From Oscillospiraceae bacterium (GTDB lineage Bacteria; Bacillota; Clostridia; Oscillospirales; CAG-272), in NCBI GenBank assembly GCA_015064505.1, contig SVSB01000002.1:47229-111228 (forward strand): DNA of 64,000 nt, written 5' to 3'. The notes under the pieces are model-generated. The model searched no databases and was not told the DNA's origin. It worked only from the letters and a program-made list of their open reading frames with translations. Positions 36,142-44,081 of the stretch are shown piece after piece (position 1 is the stretch's first letter; each line of letters begins with the position of its first letter). A program made the position numbers and the translations under genes.

Positions 36142-37394
36142 TCTTCCACCTCCTCTATTCCGTACGTGCGGTACATTTCTCTCACGTCTTCCTTGAATTT
36201 GTTCTCCACCGTGCGGTTTGAAAAATTCATTTGCGTTATACGGCAGATAAAGGTCCTTATCCAGGGCACCATCTCGCTTGAATCGTAAACGTCGGCGGTA
36301 AAGCGGTAATTATGCTCGTCGATCCGTTCCACCTTTCCAACGCGCTTTTCTCGCTGAAGCCGCTTGACGATATAATCCTCCCCGTCCTCCACCCTTACGG
36401 TAAACTCCACGTGCTCCATATGCTCGGCACCCAGCTTGTTGCGCTTGATGCTGACGCCCCACATCTTTTTTTGCATTCTGTCAAGCTCTGCGCGAAGCTC
36501 GTCAAATCGGGGAGTAACGTCCTCAAGCTTTATATTGGAAAGATAATCCACGCGGTAGGACTGAAAATGATTATAATCGGGCAAGTACGCAAGCAGGTGC
36601 TGCCTGCCGTTTTGCGCGCTTATAAAAACGCGCAGGGGTACTATGCGGTTGCGGCGGGGCAGATCTCTGCGGCGGCTGAGATTGGAAACGGTGCACACGC
36701 GCTTTTCCCTCATTGCCGTGAAAAGCGAGGCAAGCACGCCGCTGTCAAGGGTTCCCGTTATGTAATGATGCTTAAAGGAGAAGGGCTCGTTTTTCACTTC
36801 AAACTTATCAAGGAGAAAAGAGCCGATAACACCGCAGGGCGCAACCTCCGAATAATAATGAAGCACCTCGTCGATACCCGAAATATCGGGACTTTCCGTT
36901 CTGTGATAATATACCTTTTTTCCCTCTTTTACGCGGTCGATAACGCCGATATCACAGTATTCCTTCAGTTTTTTGCGCACGGTGGACTCGTCGAACTCCA
37001 TGGGTTCTTCAAATCCGCACAGATACTTTCCGTCTATAAGCTCTATTATCTCCGTGAGCGTGTACCTGTCCTCAACGGAATGGAGTATATCAAAAAGGAT
37101 GAAGTGCAGAGTTATATCCCCATCGGTAAAGCTTTTTGCCTTCCACGCCTTAAAGAAGGGGTTATGCCTTATGGAGCGGCTGTCTATGGAGATAAAAACG
37201 TTTTTACCCTCCCGGGTACGCACGAAGCTCATATGATCCCCAAGCCAGCTTTCTATGCGGCGGCGCTCGTCGTCGTAAGAGCGGGAGCTTTTGGTTTGAT
37301 ATTCGCCGCGGTTCTTAAAGCCGTATACGTAAAACTCACGCATATACGCACGGGTCTTTTCAAAGCTTTTTATAAGCTCGCTGTATGACGACAT
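36138..37394 (-). CDS. WYL-WCX domain transcriptional regulator (PafB / BrxR-like), 419 aa from ATG 37394
   Basis: WYL core RQHLLAYLPDYNHFQSYRVDYLSNIKL. WCX-like C-terminus SEMVPWIRTFICRITQMNF…EDVREM. GGAAGGAGAAGG RBS before MSSYSELIK. Confidence 0.65.
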   Translation of the reverse strand: MSSYSELIKSFEKTRAYMREFYVYGFKNRGEYQTKSSRSYDDERRRIESWLGDHMSFVRTREGKNVFISIDSRSIRHNPFFKAWKAKSFTDGDITLHFILFDILHSVEDRYTLTEIIELIDGKYLCGFEEPMEFDESTVRKKLKEYCDIGVIDRVKEGKKVYYHRTESPDISGIDEVLHYYSEVAPCGVIGSFLLDKFEVKNEPFSFKHHYITGTLDSGVLASLFTAMREKRVCTVSNLSRRRDLPRRNRIVPLRVFISAQNGRQHLLAYLPDYNHFQSYRVDYLSNIKLEDVTPRFDELRAELDRMQKKMWGVSIKRNKLGAEHMEHVEFTVRVEDGEDYIVKRLQREKRVGKVERIDEHNYRFTADVYDSSEMVPWIRTFICRITQMNFSNRTVENKFKEDVREMYRTYGIEEVEE

Positions 37395-37511
37395 ACCTTC
37401 TCCTTCCAAGCCCACAGGCTTTCGTTTCCTGTCTCAATATTACACTATTTACGGCTCTTTGTCAATCTTACTAATTTTTTGCGATAATGAATAACGCAAG
37501 TCAACACAAAC

Positions 37512-37547
37512 AAAAAACCGTTGATGCCGAGGCATCAACGGTTTTTT
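37512..37547. terminator. Bidirectional terminator (aaaaaaccgttgatgcc gag gcatcaacggtttttt)
   Basis: Perfect 11-bp stem with A6 and T6 flanks, between the WYL operon start region and the opp operon end. Confidence 0.85.
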
Positions 37548-37554
37548 ATTGCTG

Positions 37555-37956
37555 TTAAATTGCTAAATAGATTATCAGGAAAACGAGTGCTATTGTAAGG
37601 CAGACGGTGCCGACGAGAAGCATATCGATTCTCCAGCCGCTGCGTTTTTCGGCTTTTTCGCGGGAGTAATCGCAATAGCTTACGTTATCCATATTAACGG
37701 ATGTGAAGGGCAACATACCCCAGAGCATCTTAACTCCGTATCCGAAAATATCGTAAGCGCCCTTGCTTGAAGCCCAACTGAGAGCACCAACGCAAACGAG
37801 CACGACACCGGGAGCGGTAAACGCGTCGCACAGATGGTGCATTGCCTCCTTGGCGTTCTCGGACTTAAAAAGTCCGCTTGTAGCCATGCTGAAGGCAAGC
37901 AGCACCGCGGCAACGATAAGGGATGCAATAAGATCCGTGGTTTTGATCTTCTTCAT
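37555..37956 (-). CDS. Small integral membrane protein (133 aa from ATG 37956), last gene of the opp operon
   Basis: Three hydrophobic helices. Start 2 nt after the oppF stop. Alternative upstream ATG at 38004 would overlap oppF. Confidence 0.5.
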   Translation of the reverse strand: MKKIKTTDLIASLIVAAVLLAFSMATSGLFKSENAKEAMHHLCDAFTAPGVVLVCVGALSWASSKGAYDIFGYGVKMLWGMLPFTSVNMDNVSYCDYSREKAEKRSGWRIDMLLVGTVCLTIALVFLIIYLAI

Positions 37957-37958
37957 GC

Positions 37959-39134
37959 TTACTTGATCATTTCCTGATACTTGGCGAACTCCGCATCGTT
38001 GCACTGCACGAAATGTCCGGGAGCTACCTCGCGGAAGGAAGGCTTATCCACCGTATAATCGTGCTCCTCGAGAGGATTGTAGCGGATTCTCTTTCTCTGC
38101 TTTTCGTAATGGGGGTCGGGCAGAGGAATTGCAGAGAGAAGCGCACGGGTATAGGGATGGAGAGGATTGCGGAACAGCTCGTCGGAGCTTGCAAGCTCAA
38201 CCATCTTACCGAAGTACATAACTCCGATACGGTCGGAGAAATACTTTACTACGGAAAGGTCGTGTGCAATAAAGAGAATAGTAAGACCAAGCTTTTGGCG
38301 AAGATCGTTCAGCAGGTTGATTACCTGTGCCTGAATGGACACGTCAAGTGCGGAAACGGGCTCGTCTGCGATGATAAGACTGGGCTCCATAACGATGGAA
38401 CGGGCAACGCCGATTCTCTGGCGCTGACCGCCTGAGAACTCGTGAGGATAACGGCTTGCGTGCTCGGGAACGAGTCCAACGAGCTCAAGCATCTCGTATA
38501 CCTTCTTATCAATGACCTTTCTATCTCTCTCGCCCTGGATCTGCAGACCCTCGGAGATTATCTCACGAACGGTCATACGGGGGTCAAGGGATGCGATAGG
38601 ATCCTGGAAGATCATCTGAATTTGAGTTACAAGACGAGTGTGCTTTGCCTTGTGGAGCTCGTTTTTATACTCAAGCTTGAGGGCGTCCTTCTCCGCGCCG
38701 TTTGCGGCGGCAATAAGGGGAAGATACTTTTCCTTGCATTCCGCAACAAGCTTTTTGCTGTATTCCTTATCGCAGTTGTTCTGATCGTACTTTGCCTCTG
38801 CGATCTTCTTGTTGTTCTCGGCAACGATGGCATCTCTCTGCGCGCGGTCTATTTTGCCCGCCTTCAGATCCTCGTTTGCCTGATTGATGGCAAGCTGATA
38901 GGAACGGATGCCCGCACCGATGCGTATACCCTTGAAGTAGATATCGCCGCTTGTGATGTTATAAAGCTTGATAATGGAGCGGCCGGTGGTGGTCTTACCG
39001 CATCCGGACTCGCCAACGAGACCGAATGCCTCGCCCTTCATTATCTCAAAGCTAACGTCGTCAACAGCCTTATTGCTTTTGAAATACTGGCAAAGGTGCT
39101 CAACTTTAAGCAGAACTTCATTTTCGTTATGCAT
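37959..39134 (-). CDS. oppF: Oligopeptide / dipeptide ABC transporter ATP-binding protein (OppF-like) with a ~100-aa insertion, 391 aa
   Basis: Walker A GESGCGKTT, Q-loop, FSGGQRQR, LIIADEPVSALD, C-terminal oligopeptide-transporter OppD/F tail. Lys/Ala-rich insertion after the Q-loop. Confidence 0.8.
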   Translation of the reverse strand: MHNENEVLLKVEHLCQYFKSNKAVDDVSFEIMKGEAFGLVGESGCGKTTTGRSIIKLYNITSGDIYFKGIRIGAGIRSYQLAINQANEDLKAGKIDRAQRDAIVAENNKKIAEAKYDQNNCDKEYSKKLVAECKEKYLPLIAAANGAEKDALKLEYKNELHKAKHTRLVTQIQMIFQDPIASLDPRMTVREIISEGLQIQGERDRKVIDKKVYEMLELVGLVPEHASRYPHEFSGGQRQRIGVARSIVMEPSLIIADEPVSALDVSIQAQVINLLNDLRQKLGLTILFIAHDLSVVKYFSDRIGVMYFGKMVELASSDELFRNPLHPYTRALLSAIPLPDPHYEKQRKRIRYNPLEEHDYTVDKPSFREVAPGHFVQCNDAEFAKYQEMIK

Positions 39135-41292
39135 TATCGTTTCCTACCTTTCCCTGCATTCTTGCAATTCTGTCGGTAACTATCTTGGGAGGTGCCACCT
39201 TGGGTGCATCGGGATGCAGAAGCCAGGTAGCTGCATAGTGGGTATCGCTGATCTTGAACATGGGAGGCTGCTCCTCAAAATCAATAACCATTGCGTACTT
39301 ATTACGTGCCGCAAAGGCGTCTCCCTTGGGAGGATAGATCATATTGGGAGGAGTGCCGGGGATGGCGTCCAGCTTCTCTGCAGTGTCAAGGTCGGGCATT
39401 GAAGAGAGCAGTGCCCAGGTATAGGGATGGGCAGAGTTATAGAAGATATCGTCTGCAGTACCGTACTCAACGATCTTGCCCGCGTACATAACGGCGATTC
39501 TGTCCGCCATATTGGCAACTACGCCGAGGTCGTGGGTAATGAAGATAATGGAAAGCTGACGCTGCTCCTTAATTTCGTTGATAAGCTCAAGTATCTGGGA
39601 CTGAATGGTAACGTCAAGAGCAGTGGTGGGCTCGTCGCAGATAAGGATATCGGGGTCAGCCGCAAGAGCGATAGCAATAACGATACGCTGGCGCATACCG
39701 CCGGAGAACTCGAAAGGATACTGATTGTATTTCTTTCTGGGCTCCTTGATACCAACCTCCTCCATCAGCTTGATGGCGCGGTGCTTTGCCATATCCTGAG
39801 TTACCTTATGAACAACGCCGGAGGCGTTCTCCTTCAGGTAATCGATCATAGCAACTGTTTCCTTATCAAAATCACGGTTTGCCTTGTTCTCCAAAGCGCG
39901 CTCGTAATGTGCGATAAGGCGGTCGATCTGGTTGAGAATATTCTTCTTTACCTGCTCAAGGCTTGTAATGGCGGCAGGCTTAACCTTCCAATCGGGAGCC
40001 TTGCCTGCGGCAACCATACGGTCGTACTTTGCCTGCTCTCTTGCGTAGCGGGCTTCTTCCTTGGCATTCTTGCCGATGGAAACGAAGTACTTCTCGATAT
40101 CGGCCTTGACGCCAAGCTCAAAGGTATATGCAAAGCTGTCCTTGATAAGCTCAAGACGGTCAATGGAAGCGTTTACAGCCTCACTCATCTTCTTATGAGC
40201 CTCAAGCCATACCTTCTTATCGGGGTTTTCTACGGTAAATACGTCTCTGTTTGCGTTCAGAACGGCAATAGCCTCGATCTTTGCGGCGTATGCATTCTCG
40301 GCGCTGTACATAAGACCCTGCTTGGCGTCTGCAATAAAGCCAAGCATAAAGTTATCGTCAAGATACTTGCGGAGGAACACGTTAAGCTCCTCAACGGACA
40401 TATCGGGCAGCTTAGCACCGCCGCCGAAGGTGTAGAAATAACCGAGAGCAAAGAAATTGGGTGCGGGGAAAGCAACAGCCTCGGAGGCTATCTCGCTGAT
40501 AGTGGAAAGGAGAGCCGCAACGGGAGCAAGATCTCCGGACTTCTTGCAGGAGGCAAGAGTGGGAAGTAGCGCGTTTGCGGCAGCTGTGATCTCGGCCTTT
40601 CTTGCGTCTACAACGTAGGTGTGTACGCAGTCAAGAGCATCCTTCTTGATCCGGCCAAGACGGTACTTAACGTCGCTTGCCGCGTGCTTCTCGATCTCGA
40701 ATATAAGGTTGTCGGCCTCGGCGGAAACCTCGATTGCCGCCTCATGAGCGATATTCCATGCGGACTCAAGCTCGATGTGCTTATATTCGAACTTATCAAA
40801 GTTCTTGCACTTCTCTTCAAGCTCCTTTGCCTTTGCGGCATCGCCCTTTGCAATAGCGGCAGACATTGCCTGATTGAGCTTTGCGAGAGTGGTGTTGAAG
40901 TTTATCTTGCTTTCCTTCTGGCGTGCCTTACCCTTAAGGAGCATCGCCTCGGTAAGCTGACGGCCTATCTTTACGATGGGGTTAAGGCTGGACAAAGGGT
41001 CCTGGAAGATCATGGCGATCTTATCGCCGCGGATACTGTGGAAGTCCTCCTCGGAGATCTTAAGGAGGTCCTTACCGTCGTAGATTATCTCGCCGCCCTC
41101 GATAATGGAGTTACCGGCAAGAATACCAAGGATAGCCTTGGAGGTTACGGACTTGCCGGAGCCGGACTCACCGACTATGGCAAGAGTTTCACCCTTATTA
41201 AGATCAAAATCAATTCCTCTTACCGCCTGAACCTTACCGTTTGTGGTACGGAAGGAGATAGTAAGATCTTTTACTGATAATTTCTTTTCCAT
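39127..41292 (-). CDS. oppD: Oligopeptide ABC transporter ATP-binding protein (OppD-like) with a ~380-aa helical insertion, 721 aa from ATG 41292
   Basis: GESGSGKS Walker A, IFQDP Q-loop, then ~380 aa of Ala/Lys/Glu-rich sequence, then [25 protein letters not shown]. ggaggactaaa RBS. Confidence 0.8.
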   Translation of the reverse strand: MEKKLSVKDLTISFRTTNGKVQAVRGIDFDLNKGETLAIVGESGSGKSVTSKAILGILAGNSIIEGGEIIYDGKDLLKISEEDFHSIRGDKIAMIFQDPLSSLNPIVKIGRQLTEAMLLKGKARQKESKINFNTTLAKLNQAMSAAIAKGDAAKAKELEEKCKNFDKFEYKHIELESAWNIAHEAAIEVSAEADNLIFEIEKHAASDVKYRLGRIKKDALDCVHTYVVDARKAEITAAANALLPTLASCKKSGDLAPVAALLSTISEIASEAVAFPAPNFFALGYFYTFGGGAKLPDMSVEELNVFLRKYLDDNFMLGFIADAKQGLMYSAENAYAAKIEAIAVLNANRDVFTVENPDKKVWLEAHKKMSEAVNASIDRLELIKDSFAYTFELGVKADIEKYFVSIGKNAKEEARYAREQAKYDRMVAAGKAPDWKVKPAAITSLEQVKKNILNQIDRLIAHYERALENKANRDFDKETVAMIDYLKENASGVVHKVTQDMAKHRAIKLMEEVGIKEPRKKYNQYPFEFSGGMRQRIVIAIALAADPDILICDEPTTALDVTIQSQILELINEIKEQRQLSIIFITHDLGVVANMADRIAVMYAGKIVEYGTADDIFYNSAHPYTWALLSSMPDLDTAEKLDAIPGTPPNMIYPPKGDAFAARNKYAMVIDFEEQPPMFKISDTHYAATWLLHPDAPKVAPPKIVTDRIARMQGKVGNDNA

Positions 41293-41293
41293 T

Positions 41294-42859
41294 TTAGTCC
41301 TCCACTCCTCTCGTTGACGGGTTGAACGCATCTCTCAGACCGTTACCGAACAGGTTGAAGGAAATAAGCAGGAGAGATACGAAGAGTGACGGGAACAGCA
41401 TTGCGTGAGGAGAGCCTGTCATAGCGGTCTGACCGAGGGACATAAGCTCACCGATACTGGTACCCGCAAAGGTTGAAAGGTTGATAATACCGAGGTAGGT
41501 AAGAGAGGTCTCGGAGCTGATAACGCCGGGAATTACAAGCACGCAGCTTGTGATGATGGTACCCAAGGAATTAGGGAAAATGTGCTTGAACATAAGACGC
41601 TTGTCGCTTGCGCCAAGGGTCTTTGCCGCAAGAACATACTCCTGGCTCTTGAAGCGGTAGAACTGCTTTCTCGTAAGAGCCGCCATGCTGATCCATCCCG
41701 TCATAACGAAGGCAAACAGGAACGCGGGAACGATACCCACCTTCTTTGCCAGATGGAGCTGGAACAGCACCGCAACGACGGTGAAGGGTACGCCGCTGAG
41801 GATATCGGAGATACGGTCAAGGATCATATCCACCATTCCGCCGTAGTAACCCTGAATGGAGCCGTAGATGGCACCGATGGTAAGGTTGATGGCGGAAACG
41901 AGAACTGCGAAAACAAGGGAGAAGCGGGCACCTGTTCCGATAGCGCCGAAGAGGTCGCGACCGTACTCGTCGGTTCCGAAGAGATAATTGGGCTCCATGC
42001 CCTTAAGATACTGATAGTAGTTGTAGTAGCAAACGCGAACCTCCGCAGAGCCGGACTTTGCGGTACAGTAGGAATAGCTGCCGTCATCGCCCTTTATGCG
42101 AAGAGAATTGTATGCGTATGCGGGATCGGTGCTTGCAGTACCCGTAGCGTAAGCGGGAATGAAGTTACCGTTTGCATCGTAAGCGGGGGTGTTCTTGGTA
42201 TCGGCACACTGATACCAGATGTTGGAGTTCTTTGCAATAAGACGAAGCTCGTTGGTTTCAACTCCGGGATATACCTTGGCAATATCGATAACGGGGTAAA
42301 GAAGCTGAATGCCCGTTTCGTTCTGCCACTGCTGCATCTTCTGGAATTCGTCGGTAGAAACTACCAGATTACGAACGCCCTGCTCAAAATACCTGTTTAC
42401 CTTTACCTTGTAGGAAAGAGTAACTCTCTCCTGTCCGCGGTAAATGGACTTGGTCTCTGTGGTTCCAACGGTCTTGATATAGGGGCTCATACCCGTCTCA
42501 ATGCCGATAGCCTTGAGAGCGGCGATCTTGGTTTCGTTAACGGAGGTATAGGTAACGGAACCGTCAAGGATTCCGATTCCCATTTCCGCAACGGTGGGAT
42601 TATAGGGGGGGAAGTTTGTATATACGTTATCCTTATCGGTGATCTTATAGGGGGTAACGATGGGGGCAACGATTGCAAAGATCACAAGGAAGAGAATGAT
42701 ATAAGCCGCAACGACGGAGGACTTATTCTTTTTGAAACGGATAAGAGCGTCCGCAAAATAGCTGCGAGCCTTGGTATCAAACTTTGTATCGTGTAAAACG
42801 GCATCCTTCTGGGCAAAAGCGAACTTTTCCTGAGGAATATGCGCGTATTTGTTTTCCAT
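41294..42859 (-). CDS. oppC: Oligopeptide ABC transporter permease (OppC-like) with a large extracytoplasmic loop, 521 aa
   Basis: N-terminal TM, ~250-aa loop, then canonical BPD_transp_1 core with the EAA motif region. aaaggagtcaatt RBS. Confidence 0.8.
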   Translation of the reverse strand: MENKYAHIPQEKFAFAQKDAVLHDTKFDTKARSYFADALIRFKKNKSSVVAAYIILFLVIFAIVAPIVTPYKITDKDNVYTNFPPYNPTVAEMGIGILDGSVTYTSVNETKIAALKAIGIETGMSPYIKTVGTTETKSIYRGQERVTLSYKVKVNRYFEQGVRNLVVSTDEFQKMQQWQNETGIQLLYPVIDIAKVYPGVETNELRLIAKNSNIWYQCADTKNTPAYDANGNFIPAYATGTASTDPAYAYNSLRIKGDDGSYSYCTAKSGSAEVRVCYYNYYQYLKGMEPNYLFGTDEYGRDLFGAIGTGARFSLVFAVLVSAINLTIGAIYGSIQGYYGGMVDMILDRISDILSGVPFTVVAVLFQLHLAKKVGIVPAFLFAFVMTGWISMAALTRKQFYRFKSQEYVLAAKTLGASDKRLMFKHIFPNSLGTIITSCVLVIPGVISSETSLTYLGIINLSTFAGTSIGELMSLGQTAMTGSPHAMLFPSLFVSLLLISFNLFGNGLRDAFNPSTRGVED

Positions 42860-42892
42860 TTTAATTGACTCCTTTCGTAAACTGCGCTCGGC

Positions 42893-43849
42893 TTACTTCT
42901 TCGAGCCCATACGGATACGGGGATCGATAAAGCCGTAGCTGATGTCAACCACTATACCTGCGGCAAGGCCGATGGCAGTGTAGAAGACCGTAAGCAGAAT
43001 AAACAGCGGGTAGTCAAGAGCGTTGATGGAGTAGAGGTAAAGCTCACCTACTCCGGGGATGGAGAAGATCTTCTCAATAATAAGGGATCCGGAAAGGATT
43101 CCGATAAAGTTACCGAAAATTGCGGGAAGCACGACTACCATACAGTTCTTCATTGCGTGACGAACGGTAGCCTGGCGCTTGGTAAGACCCTTGGTACGGG
43201 CAAGGAGCATGAACTCACTTGTAAGCACCTCGGTAAGCTCCGCACGGGTGGTACGGGTAAATCCGGCAATGGTACCGAATGAGAGAGAAAGCACGGGGGG
43301 CATCATGGAAACGAACATAGGCCACGAGAACCAGTCCGTTCCGCCCTTCATAACAAGCGGGAACAAATTAAGCTTGAAGCACAGCAGATACTGAATAAGG
43401 AAAGCGTAAACGAACGAAGGCACGGAGATACATACCATAACGAGAGTAGAAATGGTATGGTCGATCCAGGTGTTCTTCTTAAGCGCGGCAAAAATACCGA
43501 GAGCAATTCCTATCGGTATACTGAAGATTATGGAATACAGATTTACTATCATGGATGCGGGAAGCTTGGACGTGAAAAGCTGCGCAACGTCCTTTCCGTA
43601 GTACTTTGCGCTGTCACATATACCCCAATCCCATTTCGTGAATACGTCGCGAAGGAATATTCCGAACTGAACGAGATAGGGTTTATTATATCCCAGAGCC
43701 TCACGGCGTGCCTCTATAACGGGGGTGTGAGGGTCGCCGATGGGAAGAGGCGGCAGGGGAAGCATCCTGATAAGAACGAAGCACATGAGGGTGATGATGA
43801 ACAAGGTGAACAGCATCAGTGCGGTTCTTTGTAAAGCGTATTTTACCAT
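42893..43849 (-). CDS. oppB: Oligopeptide ABC transporter permease (OppB-like), 318 aa
   Basis: 6-TM BPD_transp_1 permease. ggaggt RBS. Confidence 0.8.
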   Translation of the reverse strand: MVKYALQRTALMLFTLFIITLMCFVLIRMLPLPPLPIGDPHTPVIEARREALGYNKPYLVQFGIFLRDVFTKWDWGICDSAKYYGKDVAQLFTSKLPASMIVNLYSIIFSIPIGIALGIFAALKKNTWIDHTISTLVMVCISVPSFVYAFLIQYLLCFKLNLFPLVMKGGTDWFSWPMFVSMMPPVLSLSFGTIAGFTRTTRAELTEVLTSEFMLLARTKGLTKRQATVRHAMKNCMVVVLPAIFGNFIGILSGSLIIEKIFSIPGVGELYLYSINALDYPLFILLTVFYTAIGLAAGIVVDISYGFIDPRIRMGSKK

Positions 43850-43996
43850 AATTAACCTCCGGATTTAAGCGGCGCCATCAGAAAGGACGCGGCTTAAACA
43901 GTGACGCGAAACGGTGAAAAGTGCACCGAACGTGTAATATTTTGCGCATTTTTTGTATTTTAACGCGCGATTTTAAACTCTTTTAATACGCACTTT

Positions 43997-44029
43997 CCCG
44001 CAAGGGGACCCAAAGGACCCCCTTGCGGG
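43997..44029 (-). other. Stable intercistronic hairpin (cccgcaagggg…ccccttgcggg) between oppA and oppB
   Basis: 11-bp GC-rich inverted repeat ~55 nt downstream of the oppA stop. No U-tract on the minus strand. Confidence 0.6.
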
Positions 44030-44081
44030 ATAATGAATATACCTTAAACTAAATATTAAGCTTCAGCGATCTCGCCGTAGA

